Assembly (NCBI GenBank): GCA_964550035.1 | Contig: CAZJVU010000004.1 | Location: 7,820 to 71,819 of the forward strand | DNA: 64,000 bases | Origin: an uncultured Candidatus Saccharibacteria bacterium | GTDB taxonomy: Bacteria > Patescibacteriota > Saccharimonadia > Saccharimonadales > EFPC-124 | Direction: 5' to 3' | Shown here: piece by piece, positions 26,802 through 36,917 of the stretch | Numbering within the stretch: position 1 is the first letter of the stretch | How the letters are laid out: each line of letters opens with the position of its first letter | Program-made: the position numbers and the translations under genes | The notes under the pieces: generated by a model | Database searches by the model: none | Told to the model about the DNA's origin: nothing | Seen by the model: only the letters and a program-made list of their open reading frames with translations

Positions 26802-27896
26802 TTGGGAACTATTTACTTTATTATCGGGATCATTCTGTTTGTGCTGCTCGTGGTCATACACGAGCTGGGCCACGCCATCGTGGCGCGCCGTAATGGCGTA
26901 GGGGTAGAGGAGTTCGGTATTGGATTTCCGCCACGTGCCTGGAAGAAAAAGCTAAAGAATGGCACGCTCTTCACAATCAACTGGCTGCCGCTCGGGGGAT
27001 TCGTCCGGCTGAAAGGTGAGCACGACTCGGCCACTGGACCGGGAACATACGGTGGCGCAACGATGTGGGTGAAGGCCAAAATTCTCCTCGCTGGCGTGGT
27101 GATGAACTGGGCCACGGCGGCCGTTATCTTTACGATTCTTGCGTTGACCGGTTTGCCGCAACTCGTGCCGAACCAGTTCACCGTCCCAAGTGACACGCGC
27201 ACGTCGGCAGAGCAAGTGTACGCAGCAGCAGTCGCCGATGGCTCGCCGGCAGCAAAGGCAGGAATCAAACCGCAAGATGTCATTGTGGCCGCAAACCACC
27301 AGAACCTCACTAGTGCTCAGCAGCTGGTCGACTTTACCTCGAAGCACGCTGGCCAGAACGTAACCTTGAACATTGTGCACGACAAGCAGTCGCGCGATGT
27401 CACTCTGACGCTCAACAAAGAGCGTACCGCGTCACAAGGCTATGCTGGTATAAGCCCGTACGAGCAGACAACACGCACGTCGACATGGTCCGCGCCAATT
27501 GTGGGCGTCGGTCTGACAGCGCAGCTGACGTGGGAAACGCTGAAAGGACTCGGCACCACCGTAGCCCAGCTCGCGCATCAACAATACAAAGAGGCTGGGC
27601 AGAACGTCGCCGGACCGGTTGGTATCTTTACTATCCTCAAAAGTAGCAGCGAAATTGGATTCAAGCCGGTGTTATTCCTGATCGGTATCATCTCGTTAAC
27701 ACTAGCGGTTATGAACGTCTTGCCGATTCCGGCGCTCGATGGTGGACGGCTCTTTGTGACGCTGATTTTCCGTGCGTTGAAGCGTCCGCTGACAAAAGAA
27801 CGCGAAGAATCAATCCAGGCGGCAGGCTTTTTGGCGCTGATGCTGCTCGTCGTGGTGGTAACCGTCGTCGACGTTGGTCGTCTGACCGGGAAGTAG
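26802..27896 (+). CDS. rseP: RseP-like site-2 (M50) zinc metalloprotease with a PDZ domain
   Basis: HELGHA in TM1, a central PDZ-like segment, and NVLPIPALDGG. TTG start. Confidence 0.85.
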   Translation: MGTIYFIIGIILFVLLVVIHELGHAIVARRNGVGVEEFGIGFPPRAWKKKLKNGTLFTINWLPLGGFVRLKGEHDSATGPGTYGGATMWVKAKILLAGVVMNWATAAVIFTILALTGLPQLVPNQFTVPSDTRTSAEQVYAAAVADGSPAAKAGIKPQDVIVAANHQNLTSAQQLVDFTSKHAGQNVTLNIVHDKQSRDVTLTLNKERTASQGYAGISPYEQTTRTSTWSAPIVGVGLTAQLTWETLKGLGTTVAQLAHQQYKEAGQNVAGPVGIFTILKSSSEIGFKPVLFLIGIISLTLAVMNVLPIPALDGGRLFVTLIFRALKRPLTKEREESIQAAGFLALMLLVVVVTVVDVGRLTGK

Positions 27897-27898
27897 CC

Positions 27899-28609
27899 AT
27901 GGCATCCACCAAAAATGTTCAAACACCTGAACCTCGCCAGTGGGGTGTGGTTGGTGGAACGTTTTGGGGGTTCGTGGCGTTTTTCTTGCCGCAATACGCG
28001 TTGCTGCCGTTCGTCGATCTCTTCCAGGCTATGCCGATCGATCGCAATACAAAATTATTTGTCTTGCAGGGGGTCTCGGAGCTAGCCGCTGTCGTGCTAC
28101 TGTGGCTTATCCTGAAGTACATATACTTCAGCAATCTTAGGACGATCGGTCTCGGCAAGTTTCAGCCAGGGCTCTTGGGTTGGTCGGTTTTGGCGTTCCC
28201 GTTGTATCTCATTGTATCGACGGCTATTTCAAATATATTTGCAGTTATTTTCCATATCGATCTCTTCCAGGAGCAAAACATCGGCTACACGCATCCTGGT
28301 GGGTTCGAGCTGACGCTCATCTTTGTGGCGCTGGTGCTACTGGCGCCATTTGTTGAGGAAGTACTGTTTCGTGGATTTTTGTTCCGCGCCTTCCGTCGAA
28401 CGTTTGGCTTCTGGATCGGAGCGATAGGGGTGAGCTTGCTGTTTGCGGTCGCGCACGGGCAGGCAAATGTCGGCGTCGATGTCTTTGTGCTCAGCATGTT
28501 TCTGTGTTATTTGCGCGAGAAAACCGATTCGCTCTGGCCGTCGATCGCTCTGCACGCCTTGAAAAATTTGGTTGCATTTATAGTTCTGTTTATAATAAGG
28601 GGCAATTAG
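27899..28609 (+). CDS. CPBP-family intramembrane glutamic endopeptidase (CAAX protease-like)
   Basis: EEVLFRGFLF, FAVAH and ALHALKN motifs. Confidence 0.75.
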   Translation: MASTKNVQTPEPRQWGVVGGTFWGFVAFFLPQYALLPFVDLFQAMPIDRNTKLFVLQGVSELAAVVLLWLILKYIYFSNLRTIGLGKFQPGLLGWSVLAFPLYLIVSTAISNIFAVIFHIDLFQEQNIGYTHPGGFELTLIFVALVLLAPFVEEVLFRGFLFRAFRRTFGFWIGAIGVSLLFAVAHGQANVGVDVFVLSMFLCYLREKTDSLWPSIALHALKNLVAFIVLFIIRGN

Positions 28610-28728
28610 GACCTCTGACGATGGTAATTCAAGCAGCCCAACCAGTCATGCACACGCCCATTCCGGCTTGCCGGCCGTCATTTTTATACTCATAATTTCG
28701 CACTAAATTTAATCAGAAAGATTGAAGC

Positions 28729-29973
28729 ATGAAAGTTTCACAGTTATTTACCAAAACGCGCAAGCAAGCACCTGCGGACGAGACCGCAAAGAACGCGCAG
28801 CTACTGATACGCGCAGGATTCGTCTATAAAGTCATGGCCGGTGTGTACGCTTACACGCCGCTTGGTCTTCGTGTGCTCGAGAATATCAAACAAATCGTTC
28901 GCGAAGAGATGAACGCCGTGAACGGCCAGGAGCTTATTATGACCAATCTCCAGCCCAAAGAGACATGGGAAACCACGACTCGCTGGAGTGACGACGTCGT
29001 AGACGTATGGTTCAAGACAAAGCTCAAGGACGAATCTGAGGTCGGTCTGGCCTGGTCGCACGAAGAAGCCATCATGGAAATGATGCAACAATACATCGAG
29101 AGCTACCGCGATCTGCCAACCAGTGTATATCAGTTTCAGACCAAGCTTCGTAATGAGCTCCGCGCCAAGAGCGGCATCATGCGCGGCCGTGAATTCGTCA
29201 TGAAGGATATGTATTCGCTGCACGCCACCAGCGAAGACCTCGACGAGTATTACAACAAGGTCATCGAAGCTTACAAGCGTATTTACGACCGCCTTGGTCT
29301 GGGCAAAGATACATATGTCACGTTCGCCAGCGGCGGTGCATTCACGAAGTTCAGCCACGAGTTCCAGACGGTCTGTGACGCTGGCGAAGATATCTTGTAC
29401 CTCCACCGCGAGAAAAACATTGCAGTGAACGAAGAAGTGCTCGACGATGCCGTCAAAGAGCTCGGCATCAACAAAGATGAGCTCGAAAAGGTGAAAAGCG
29501 CTGAGGTCGGTAATATCTTCAACTTTGGTACCGAAAAGTCTGAGCAAATGGGTATTTATATCACTGGCCCCGACGGAACCGAGCAGCCGATCTATCTGGC
29601 AAGCTACGGCATCGGCATTACGCGCGCGATGGGCGTGATGGTGGAGAAGTTTTCCGATGATCGAGGTATCGTTTGGCCAGAAAACGTCGCTCCGTATAAG
29701 GTATACCTGGTGCGTTTAGGCGAGAGCGAGGCGGTTATCAAACAAGCTGATAAACTTTACGAGAACCTCCGCGACAAGGGTGTCGAAGTGTTGTATGATG
29801 ATCGTGACGCACGCGCAGGCGAGAAGTTCGCCGATGCCGATTTACTCGGCATCCCACACCGTGTCGTGGTAAGCGAAAAAATGCTCGCGAAAAGCAAGTA
29901 CGAATACAAAGCTCGCACGTCTAGCACCCCTGAAGAGTGCGACCGCGAAGTCTTACTTGCCAAAATAGTTTAG
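28729..29973 (+). CDS. proS: Prolyl-tRNA synthetase (short form without an insertion/editing domain)
   Basis: Class II motifs (REFVMKDMYS, GIGITRAM) and a ProRS-type N-terminus. Confidence 0.85.
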   Translation: MKVSQLFTKTRKQAPADETAKNAQLLIRAGFVYKVMAGVYAYTPLGLRVLENIKQIVREEMNAVNGQELIMTNLQPKETWETTTRWSDDVVDVWFKTKLKDESEVGLAWSHEEAIMEMMQQYIESYRDLPTSVYQFQTKLRNELRAKSGIMRGREFVMKDMYSLHATSEDLDEYYNKVIEAYKRIYDRLGLGKDTYVTFASGGAFTKFSHEFQTVCDAGEDILYLHREKNIAVNEEVLDDAVKELGINKDELEKVKSAEVGNIFNFGTEKSEQMGIYITGPDGTEQPIYLASYGIGITRAMGVMVEKFSDDRGIVWPENVAPYKVYLVRLGESEAVIKQADKLYENLRDKGVEVLYDDRDARAGEKFADADLLGIPHRVVVSEKMLAKSKYEYKARTSSTPEECDREVLLAKIV

Positions 29974-30106
29974 ACTGCTATACTGTAGCGTACGAACAAG
30001 CACGGTGGTAGCTGACGGCCAGTAAATTTGCTACCGACCACGTGGGCCTTGTCCGCTCCACATAACTTATGAATATCCTAAACTTTGAGGAAAGGGGTAA
30101 GGAAGA

Positions 30107-30565
30107 ATGAAGAAAGTGTATCAGCTGACCCCAGCTGGCAAGTTAGAGCTAGAAAAAGAGCTCGAAGAATTAAAGTCTCAGCGTAGCGATATCGCGCAGA
30201 AGATCGCCGACGCGCGTGATTACGGTGATCTCAGCGAGAACGCCGAATACGATGCTGCCCGCACGGAGCAAGGCCAGCTCGAGACTCGTATCTCTGAAAT
30301 TGAAGAAATCCTCCAGAACGCAAGTATCATCGAGCACACCAAGAGCTCGAAGGTCGCAGTCGGTGTAACCGTTGTCCTGAAGTCAGACAAGGGTAAGGCC
30401 GTGAGCTACACGATTGTCGGTTCTGTCGAGGCAGACCCACTCGAGGGCAAGATCTCTGACGAGTCACCAATTGGTCAGGCGCTCCTGAACAAGAAAGTCG
30501 GCGACACCGTTGCCATCAAGACTCCTGGTGGTGAAGTGAGCTACACCGTCGAAGAGATCAAGTAA
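30107..30565 (+). CDS. greA: Transcription elongation factor GreA
   Basis: DLSENAEYDAA acidic tip and a C-terminal FKBP-like domain. Confidence 0.9.
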   Translation: MKKVYQLTPAGKLELEKELEELKSQRSDIAQKIADARDYGDLSENAEYDAARTEQGQLETRISEIEEILQNASIIEHTKSSKVAVGVTVVLKSDKGKAVSYTIVGSVEADPLEGKISDESPIGQALLNKKVGDTVAIKTPGGEVSYTVEEIK

Positions 30566-30584
30566 GACTTCGGAACTACCCCGC

Positions 30585-30615
30585 AAAAACACCCTGCATT
30601 TGTCAGGGTGTTTTT
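30585..30615 (+). terminator. Intrinsic terminator after greA
   Basis: AAAAACACCCTG-catttgt-CAGGGTGTTTTT. Confidence 0.75.
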
Positions 30616-30741
30616 GTTGCAGTAAAAGCTTAGATATTGTATTATATTCGGACAATCCGCGTTTTTCTGTGAAGAAAGGGCGCGGTGCAATTTAACGTGT
30701 AAGTCAGTACAAAAACTCCTGAGAAGGGAAGGTGGCGACCC

Positions 30742-32340
30742 ATGCTGAGGCTCGCCGAAGGCTCGCGGGCCGTCGATCTGGCCATCAGTCCAACGCAGTG
30801 GCTCGTGATCGCCGGCTATGTGCTGGCGGTGCTCTGCTTCGATCGGCTGGTGCTCAACCGGAGACCGCGGGAACTGACGCTGCGCCAGAGTGGACTCCAG
30901 ACGGCGTTCTTCGTCGCCTTGAGTCTGCTGTTCGGCGTAGCGTTCGTGTTGCCGGATTACGGCATGCAGGGTCTGCAGCAGTACGTCGGCCTGTACGCGA
31001 GCGAGCTCACGCTGTCGCTCGACAATCTCTTCGTCCTGATGATCATCCTCAAGACGTGCGGCATTCCGCGACAGTTCCACCAGAAGGCACTCTACTGGGG
31101 GATCAACATCGCGATCGTCTTCAGGATGGTTATGGTGGTCGGCGGTACGACCGTGCTGAGCAAGATCGAGTGGCTGATGCTGCTCGTGGCCGCCTACATG
31201 ATCTATGTGGGCGTCAGTCAGCTCCGCGGCGGCGAAGACACCGACATCACGCAGGGTCGAGTCTACAAGCTGCTGACCCGGGTGATGCCGCTGACCTACC
31301 GGGCGTACGGCGACAAGCTGTTCATCCGGCAGGGTGGCAAGCGTCTAGCGACGCTGCTGCTCCTCGCGATCGTCTTGATCGGCAACACCGATGCGGTGTT
31401 CGCGCTGGACTCTATCCCTACGGCGATTGCGCTCAGCACCATCATGTACGTGACGGTGGCGGGCAACATCAACGGGGTGTTGGGGTTGCGGCCGGTGTAC
31501 TTCCTGATGCAACACATCACGAAGTACATCACGCGTCTCAACTGGGGTCTCGCGAGCATCTGCTGTGCGGTGGGGCTCAAGCTGATCGTCGGGAACGTGT
31601 GGCTCATGCACGACGTGTTCGGCGTGTCGCCGCTCGACATTCCTATCGGCATCAGCCTGGGCTGGATCGCGGGGTCGCTGATCTTCGCATACGTCGCCGG
31701 AATCGTGTGGCCGCCCAAGGTCATCGAGGAAGACGACGAGGCGAACGCCGTCCAAAACACCATGGTCCGAGTCTACCTGGACTGCGGTGCGGAGATGGAC
31801 GGCGAGTGGAGCAGCGGCTTGATGAGCCGTTACCTGGCGGAGGTTATGCGCCAGGCGCGGTTCTACGACTCGGATGGCACAGTGCCGATCTTCGCCTTCG
31901 GCGAAACGGTCAAGCCGTACGAGGCGTTGACGCCGACCGAGGATGGCCCCGAGCTGTCCCGGCGACGGATGCTGGGTTGGGACTCCAACTTGGCCGCGGC
32001 ATTGCATCACGCCAAGGATGCCGCCGAAGCGGAACCGGGGACGCATGTGGACATCATCATGACCCCAGGCGTGACGCTCGGTTACGAATCGGCTCGACGG
32101 GCGCTGCGCAAGATGCCCGACAACTCGTTCGTGGTGCTGGTGCGGGTTTCCGACGAGCCGGGTGGTGCGGCGTTCCTGCAGGAGCTCGACGATCTGCTGG
32201 AGGGCAAGCGTGACCGGTGCAATGCCGTCCACGCGACCGACGACAACGGTCAGCCCAAAGATCGCATCGAGGAAGCGATCGGTGACGAACTCGACGAGTG
32301 GCTGAAGGGGCGTGATGCTCTTCCGGTGCTGGCCGCTTAA
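30742..32340 (+). CDS. TerC-family integral membrane protein fused to a ~210-aa soluble C-terminal domain (possibly vWA/TerF-like)
   Basis: Two TerC-type repeats (SLDNLFVLMII and ALDSIPTAIAL). GC-rich. The C-terminal domain assignment comes from weak recall only. Confidence 0.65.
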   Translation: MLRLAEGSRAVDLAISPTQWLVIAGYVLAVLCFDRLVLNRRPRELTLRQSGLQTAFFVALSLLFGVAFVLPDYGMQGLQQYVGLYASELTLSLDNLFVLMIILKTCGIPRQFHQKALYWGINIAIVFRMVMVVGGTTVLSKIEWLMLLVAAYMIYVGVSQLRGGEDTDITQGRVYKLLTRVMPLTYRAYGDKLFIRQGGKRLATLLLLAIVLIGNTDAVFALDSIPTAIALSTIMYVTVAGNINGVLGLRPVYFLMQHITKYITRLNWGLASICCAVGLKLIVGNVWLMHDVFGVSPLDIPIGISLGWIAGSLIFAYVAGIVWPPKVIEEDDEANAVQNTMVRVYLDCGAEMDGEWSSGLMSRYLAEVMRQARFYDSDGTVPIFAFGETVKPYEALTPTEDGPELSRRRMLGWDSNLAAALHHAKDAAEAEPGTHVDIIMTPGVTLGYESARRALRKMPDNSFVVLVRVSDEPGGAAFLQELDDLLEGKRDRCNAVHATDDNGQPKDRIEEAIGDELDEWLKGRDALPVLAA

Positions 32341-32396
32341 CACGCTGGCGGCGACGGTCTTGGGTGCATCGCACTCGGGGCCGTCGCCACAGCGTG
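32341..32396 (+). terminator. Compound GC hairpin after the TerC gene
   Basis: CACGCT/AGCGTG outer stem and GGCGACGG/CCGTCGCC inner stem. Confidence 0.5.
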
Positions 32397-32493
32397 GAGC
32401 CGTGCTGACTTACACACTTTCAATGAGCTTATATTGACTTCATTGTTTCACCCCTGGTGCAAGGGTAGAGAATAGGGTAAAATACAGCCAGTT

Positions 32494-34014
32494 ATGGCAA
32501 CACTCAAAGATTATCGCGACGAACGCTTACGCAAGCTCGATGAGCTCAAGGCATTGAGGGTCAACCCTTACCCTGCAAATGTTGAGCGCACTAATACACT
32601 TGCAGAAATAACCGAAGATTTCTCTTCGTTTGAGGGCAAAGAAGTGAGTGTGGTAGGCCGTATTATGAACATTCGTCGCTTCGGTAAGTTAGCGTTTCTT
32701 GTGATTCGCGACGCGACGGGCACTATACAGCTTTTTCTGCGTGAAGGCACTGTTGAGGCGCTCGATGCCGAGAACAGCCAGCTTGGCATGGATCAGCTAC
32801 CGCTTCTTGACAGAGGTGATTTTGTTGAGGCTCACGGTCCGATTATTAAAACGCAGACCGGCGAGGTTTCCGTTGAGACGCATCGATTGCGACTTCTTAC
32901 TAAGGCGTTGCGCCCTTTACCGGCAGCACAGGACGAGTTCACAAATAAGGAAGAGCGCTTTCGCCGCCGCTATGTCGATACTAATGCTAACCCCGATGTC
33001 TTCCAGAGGTATGTACGCAGAAGCTTGTTTTGGCAAGCTACTCGCGAATTTCTGATGAGCGAAGGTTTTATAGAGATCAACATTCCTGTACTCGAAACTA
33101 CAACTGGTGGTGCCGATGCAACGCCGTTTTTGACCCACATGAATGCGCTCGATCAAGATTTTTATCTTCGAATCAGCCACGAATTGCCATTGAAACGCTT
33201 GCTCGTGGGTGGCTACGAAAAAGTGTTCGATATTGGCCCGCGGTTTCGCAACGAGAACTATTCAGACGAGCATCTTCCTGAGCATGTCGCTATGGAGTGG
33301 TACTGGGCGTACGCTGATTGGGAAAAGGGGATGAAGCTTACCGAGCGTTTGGTCCGTTCTGTAGCCGACAAGACGTGGGGTAGGCGACAATTCAAGCTAG
33401 CGAATGGTATGGAAGTGGACCTAGGCCCAGACGGTGAGGACTGGCCTCGAGTGAGTTTCGTCGATGTTATCAAAGAGCACTATGGGCTCGATGTATTCAC
33501 CTGCACGCTGGACGAGGTAAAAGTGCAGCTCCATAAGCACAACATAGAGGTGGAACAAACCGAGAATCGTTCGCGGGGGATTGATAAATTATGGAAGAAG
33601 ATTCGCACTACCATCGAAGGCCCTGCTTTCCTTGTAGATATTCCGACCTTTTTGCAACCACTTGCGAAGACTCAGGCTGGCAAGCCCGAACTTACCGAGC
33701 AGTTCAATATGCTTCTGGGCGGGACTGAGCTCTGCAAGGCCTACTCTGAACTGAACGATCCTATCGATCAGCTTAATCGCTTCAAAGAACAGCAAGCCAT
33801 GCGAGATGCCGGTGATGACGAGGCGATGATGCTCGATATTGATTATGTCGAAGCGCTGGAGTATGCTATGCCGCCGGCCTGTGGGTTCGGCTACTCTGAA
33901 CGCGTGTTTTGGTATCTCGAGGGTGTAACGGCCCGCGAAGGTGTGGTCTTTCCGCAACTTCGGCGCGAAGTCGACGAAGTAACTAAGGGAATCTATCCAG
34001 ACATCAAGCTCTAG
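32494..34014 (+). CDS. lysS: Lysyl-tRNA synthetase, class II
   Basis: OB-fold N-terminus (GRIMNIRRFGKLAFLVIRD), motif 2/3 region, 506 aa. Confidence 0.9.
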   Translation: MATLKDYRDERLRKLDELKALRVNPYPANVERTNTLAEITEDFSSFEGKEVSVVGRIMNIRRFGKLAFLVIRDATGTIQLFLREGTVEALDAENSQLGMDQLPLLDRGDFVEAHGPIIKTQTGEVSVETHRLRLLTKALRPLPAAQDEFTNKEERFRRRYVDTNANPDVFQRYVRRSLFWQATREFLMSEGFIEINIPVLETTTGGADATPFLTHMNALDQDFYLRISHELPLKRLLVGGYEKVFDIGPRFRNENYSDEHLPEHVAMEWYWAYADWEKGMKLTERLVRSVADKTWGRRQFKLANGMEVDLGPDGEDWPRVSFVDVIKEHYGLDVFTCTLDEVKVQLHKHNIEVEQTENRSRGIDKLWKKIRTTIEGPAFLVDIPTFLQPLAKTQAGKPELTEQFNMLLGGTELCKAYSELNDPIDQLNRFKEQQAMRDAGDDEAMMLDIDYVEALEYAMPPACGFGYSERVFWYLEGVTAREGVVFPQLRREVDEVTKGIYPDIKL

Positions 34015-34131
34015 ACTATACTTGTACCAAAGGGGGGAGTGTTGTGTTTCAGAGCATCAAGGGCAGTAGCGCTTCGGTAAGAGGCCTCAGATCTTCTATT
34101 GTTGGGGCCTGGCTATGGTAAGAGGAGTTTT

Positions 34132-35904
34132 ATGAAACTGATTACTCGTTTCCTGACAGCGGTACTTCTGATCGGCGCGTTGTCATTAGCAGCCGTTCCT
34201 GTCCATGCACAGAGTACACAAGACTTTACGATTAAGTCATTTACGGCAGATTACTACCTAAGCCGGGATTCGCAGCGTATTTCTAATCTGTCGGTGACGG
34301 AGAAGATCGTCGCCGAGTTCCCCAGCTACGATCAGAATCACGGCATCTTGCGCGCTATTCCTCAGACGTATCAGGGCCATGACGTTGGCCTCAAGATCGA
34401 CAAAGTCGTCGACGCAGGTGGAACTAAGCTGTCATATTCAACCGACACGAGCAACAACAACCTTGTACTCAAAATTGGCGATGCGAATCGCTATGTCCAT
34501 GGTCTCCAGGAATATGACATTACGTATCACATGCAGAATGTCACACAAAAGTTCAAGGATCATGACGAACTCTTCTGGGACGTCAACGGCGATCAATGGC
34601 AGCAACCATTTGGGCAGGTGAGCGCGCGTATTCATGTGCCGGCAGATCTAGCTGGCAATCTCCAGACCGACAAGCGTTGCTATACCGGAACGAATGGCTC
34701 GACTATTTCAGACTGTACTATTATTGCCGCCAAAGGCGACGGCGGCGCACTGATTACGATCACCACGACGCATAGTTTGGCTGCCACGGAAACGCTGACA
34801 TACGTGCTTGGTTTTACGCCGGATACATTTGTGGCGTATCAGGTGCCACTGAGCCAGATCTTGTGGTGGGCCGCAGGGATAACCATCCTGGGTCTCGTGC
34901 CACCAGCATTTGCGCTGCGGTTTGTTATCCGCAAGTGGCGCCAGTACGGTCGCGACGCCAAAGGTCGCGGTACGATCGTGCCGCAGTATTTGCCACCGAA
35001 AGACCTGAGTGTCCTGGGGAGTAGCGAGGTGCTGAAGCAGCGGTTTCTGCCGGCATCTATCTCGGCCCAGATTCTGGACTTGGCAGTGCGGCATTACTTC
35101 AAGATTTACGAAACAACCGAGAAAAAACTGCTCAAGGATAAGACGAGCTACACCGTCGAGCTCACCAAGACCACCACGGGCCTCAAGCTGGAAGAGAAGT
35201 CGGTCGTGACAATGCTCTTTGGCGATAGCCCGACGGTCGGCGATAAAGTTGATCTGAGCGACCTGAGCAACAAGCTTTACAAGAAAGCCGCCGATCTCGG
35301 CAAAAGCATCGACACGCAGCTCGCCAACGACGGCTACTTCGTGCGTGCGCCGCAGCAAGTCTTCCAAACGTATCTCACGTGGGGAATCGTGCTGTGCGTG
35401 CTCGGGTTCATCTTCCCGCCATATACACTCGGCATTTTGCTGGCTGGTGTTGTGGTGCTCGTGTCGGCACGGCTCATGCCTGCGCGGACGCAAAAGGGCG
35501 TGGATATGCGCGACTACCTCTATGGGCTTCGTGATTACATGAAGCTTGCTGAGGCCGATCGTCTCAAAGTTTTGCAAAGCCCGAAGGGTGAGCTTACCGA
35601 GAAAATCGACGTCAACGACACGACGAAGCTCATGAAACTCTACGAAAAGCTCCTACCATACGCCATGCTCTTTGGCATCGAACGCGAGTGGGCCAAGCAG
35701 TTTGCTGATCTGTACAATGACAAACAACCCGACTGGTATAACGGCTCCAGCGCGTTCAATGCTGTGTACTTTGCCGGAGCGCTCCACAGTTTTTCGACCG
35801 CAAGCAATGCGACCTTTACGCCGCCAAGTAGTTCGTCGTCGAGCGGTTTTAGCGGAGGAGGCGCTGGTGGCGGCGGAGGTGGAGGAGGCGGTGGCGGCTG
35901 GTAA
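34132..35904 (+). CDS. DUF2207-like membrane protein with a signal peptide and a Gly-rich C-terminus
   Basis: Signal peptide MKLITRFLTAVLLIGALSLAAVPVHAQ. Extracellular domain, TM cluster, and a terminal SSSSSGFSGGGAGGGGGGGGGGGW tail. Confidence 0.65.
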   Translation: MKLITRFLTAVLLIGALSLAAVPVHAQSTQDFTIKSFTADYYLSRDSQRISNLSVTEKIVAEFPSYDQNHGILRAIPQTYQGHDVGLKIDKVVDAGGTKLSYSTDTSNNNLVLKIGDANRYVHGLQEYDITYHMQNVTQKFKDHDELFWDVNGDQWQQPFGQVSARIHVPADLAGNLQTDKRCYTGTNGSTISDCTIIAAKGDGGALITITTTHSLAATETLTYVLGFTPDTFVAYQVPLSQILWWAAGITILGLVPPAFALRFVIRKWRQYGRDAKGRGTIVPQYLPPKDLSVLGSSEVLKQRFLPASISAQILDLAVRHYFKIYETTEKKLLKDKTSYTVELTKTTTGLKLEEKSVVTMLFGDSPTVGDKVDLSDLSNKLYKKAADLGKSIDTQLANDGYFVRAPQQVFQTYLTWGIVLCVLGFIFPPYTLGILLAGVVVLVSARLMPARTQKGVDMRDYLYGLRDYMKLAEADRLKVLQSPKGELTEKIDVNDTTKLMKLYEKLLPYAMLFGIEREWAKQFADLYNDKQPDWYNGSSAFNAVYFAGALHSFSTASNATFTPPSSSSSSGFSGGGAGGGGGGGGGGGW

Positions 35905-35968
35905 TATTCCGACTACTTTGGTGATATAGTTTGTACGTCGGACTAGTCGCGAGTAGTGGAAGGAAGCC

Positions 35969-36247
35969 ATGGAGCTCACGGTGGTTTTGATGGGGCGAGT
36001 CCTGGGCGCTCGGAATACTCGGCATTTCGTGCTGCGCAAGAAGGGGGTGCATCTGAATGGTGTGGGCCTTAAGAGGTGGCTCGAGATCGATCTCGGGCCA
36101 ACCTATCGCGACCCGCTGAACATGACGATCCAATTCTATCAAACGTCATGCGCCATTGTGATTACGGCGGACAACGCCGGGCTCACGGACAAAGTGGTAC
36201 AAGACTTCAAGCGTGTCGTCGAGGTGAACTTCCGCAACCTCGACTAA
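35969..36247 (+). CDS. Hypothetical protein (92 aa)
   Basis: GGAAGGAAG SD. Followed by a hairpin at 36258-36299. Confidence 0.45.
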   Translation: MELTVVLMGRVLGARNTRHFVLRKKGVHLNGVGLKRWLEIDLGPTYRDPLNMTIQFYQTSCAIVITADNAGLTDKVVQDFKRVVEVNFRNLD

Positions 36248-36257
36248 ACTGACTCCA

Positions 36258-36299
36258 TGACCGCATGGTGCCTGCGGGAATGCGGGCGCCATGCGGTCA
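36258..36299 (+). terminator. GC hairpin after 35969..36247
   Basis: TGACCGCATGGTGCC/GGCGCCATGCGGTCA, 15 bp with one G-U pair. Confidence 0.5.
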
Positions 36300-36348
36300 C
36301 GGTATGTATTTGTAGAGTTACGTGATTTTATAAAGCAAAGGAGGAACG

Positions 36349-36855
36349 ATGGCGAAGACACAAACTGCGCTACTTGCAGCTGGTTGTTTCTGGGGCGTGC
36401 AGGCGTACTTTGATGACCTCGACGGCGTGGTGAGCACCGAGGTTGGTTACAGCGGCGGGCATGTCGCCAATCCAACATACGAACAAGTCACATCGCATAC
36501 AACAGGCCACGCCGAGACCACAAAGATCGAGTTCGACCCACAGAAGATCAGCTACCACGACATCCTCGAGAATTTTTTCCGTATGCACGATCCAACCACG
36601 CCGAACCAGGATGGGCCGAATATTGGCGAGAACTATCGGTCGGCGATTTTTTATCTTGATGACGAACAGAAGCACGCGGCGGAGCAGGTGATCGCGGAGC
36701 TCACAGACAAGAAGAAGTTCAAAGCGCCAATCATAACTGAGGTCACTGAAGCGGGGCCATTCTATCCGGCAGAAGAGTATCACCAGAAGTTTTTCCAGAA
36801 AACTGGGTATGGCGCGTGTCACGTCTGGCCGAGTGAAGTGGACATAGAAGAGTAA
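36349..36855 (+). CDS. msrA: Peptide methionine sulfoxide reductase MsrA
   Basis: AAGCFWGVQ active-site motif. Confidence 0.9.
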   Translation: MAKTQTALLAAGCFWGVQAYFDDLDGVVSTEVGYSGGHVANPTYEQVTSHTTGHAETTKIEFDPQKISYHDILENFFRMHDPTTPNQDGPNIGENYRSAIFYLDDEQKHAAEQVIAELTDKKKFKAPIITEVTEAGPFYPAEEYHQKFFQKTGYGACHVWPSEVDIEE

Positions 36856-36917
36856 TAAAGATCAAATTATGGTATAGTATGTTTCGTTAGTGGCACCCCT
36901 TGTAGGAGGCTAATCGT

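Noticed and set aside
30616-30741. A yybP-ykoY (Mn2+) riboswitch might be expected upstream of a TerC-family gene.
   Set aside because: I could not find the conserved GGGGAGTAG-type boxes or the four-helix layout in the 126-nt leader. This needs a cmsearch for certainty.
30732-32343. Long alternative ORFs overlap the TerC gene (30732..32213 +, 31345..32343 -). Similar long ORFs lie antisense to other genes: 5852..6832 -, 19962..21008 +, 22439..23185 -, 38817..39683 -, 40733..41371 +, 49076..50269 -, 58014..58709 -.
   Set aside because: Their translations are low-complexity and Arg/Pro/His/Gly-rich, with no SD or motifs. Each overlaps a confidently recognised gene or array gene. Stop-poor frames like these are expected in GC-rich DNA.
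35815-35903. A GGN-rich tandem repeat (GGCGGTGGAGGAGGC...).
   Set aside because: It lies in frame at the 3' end of the DUF2207-like gene and encodes its poly-Gly tail. It is not an independent repeat element.
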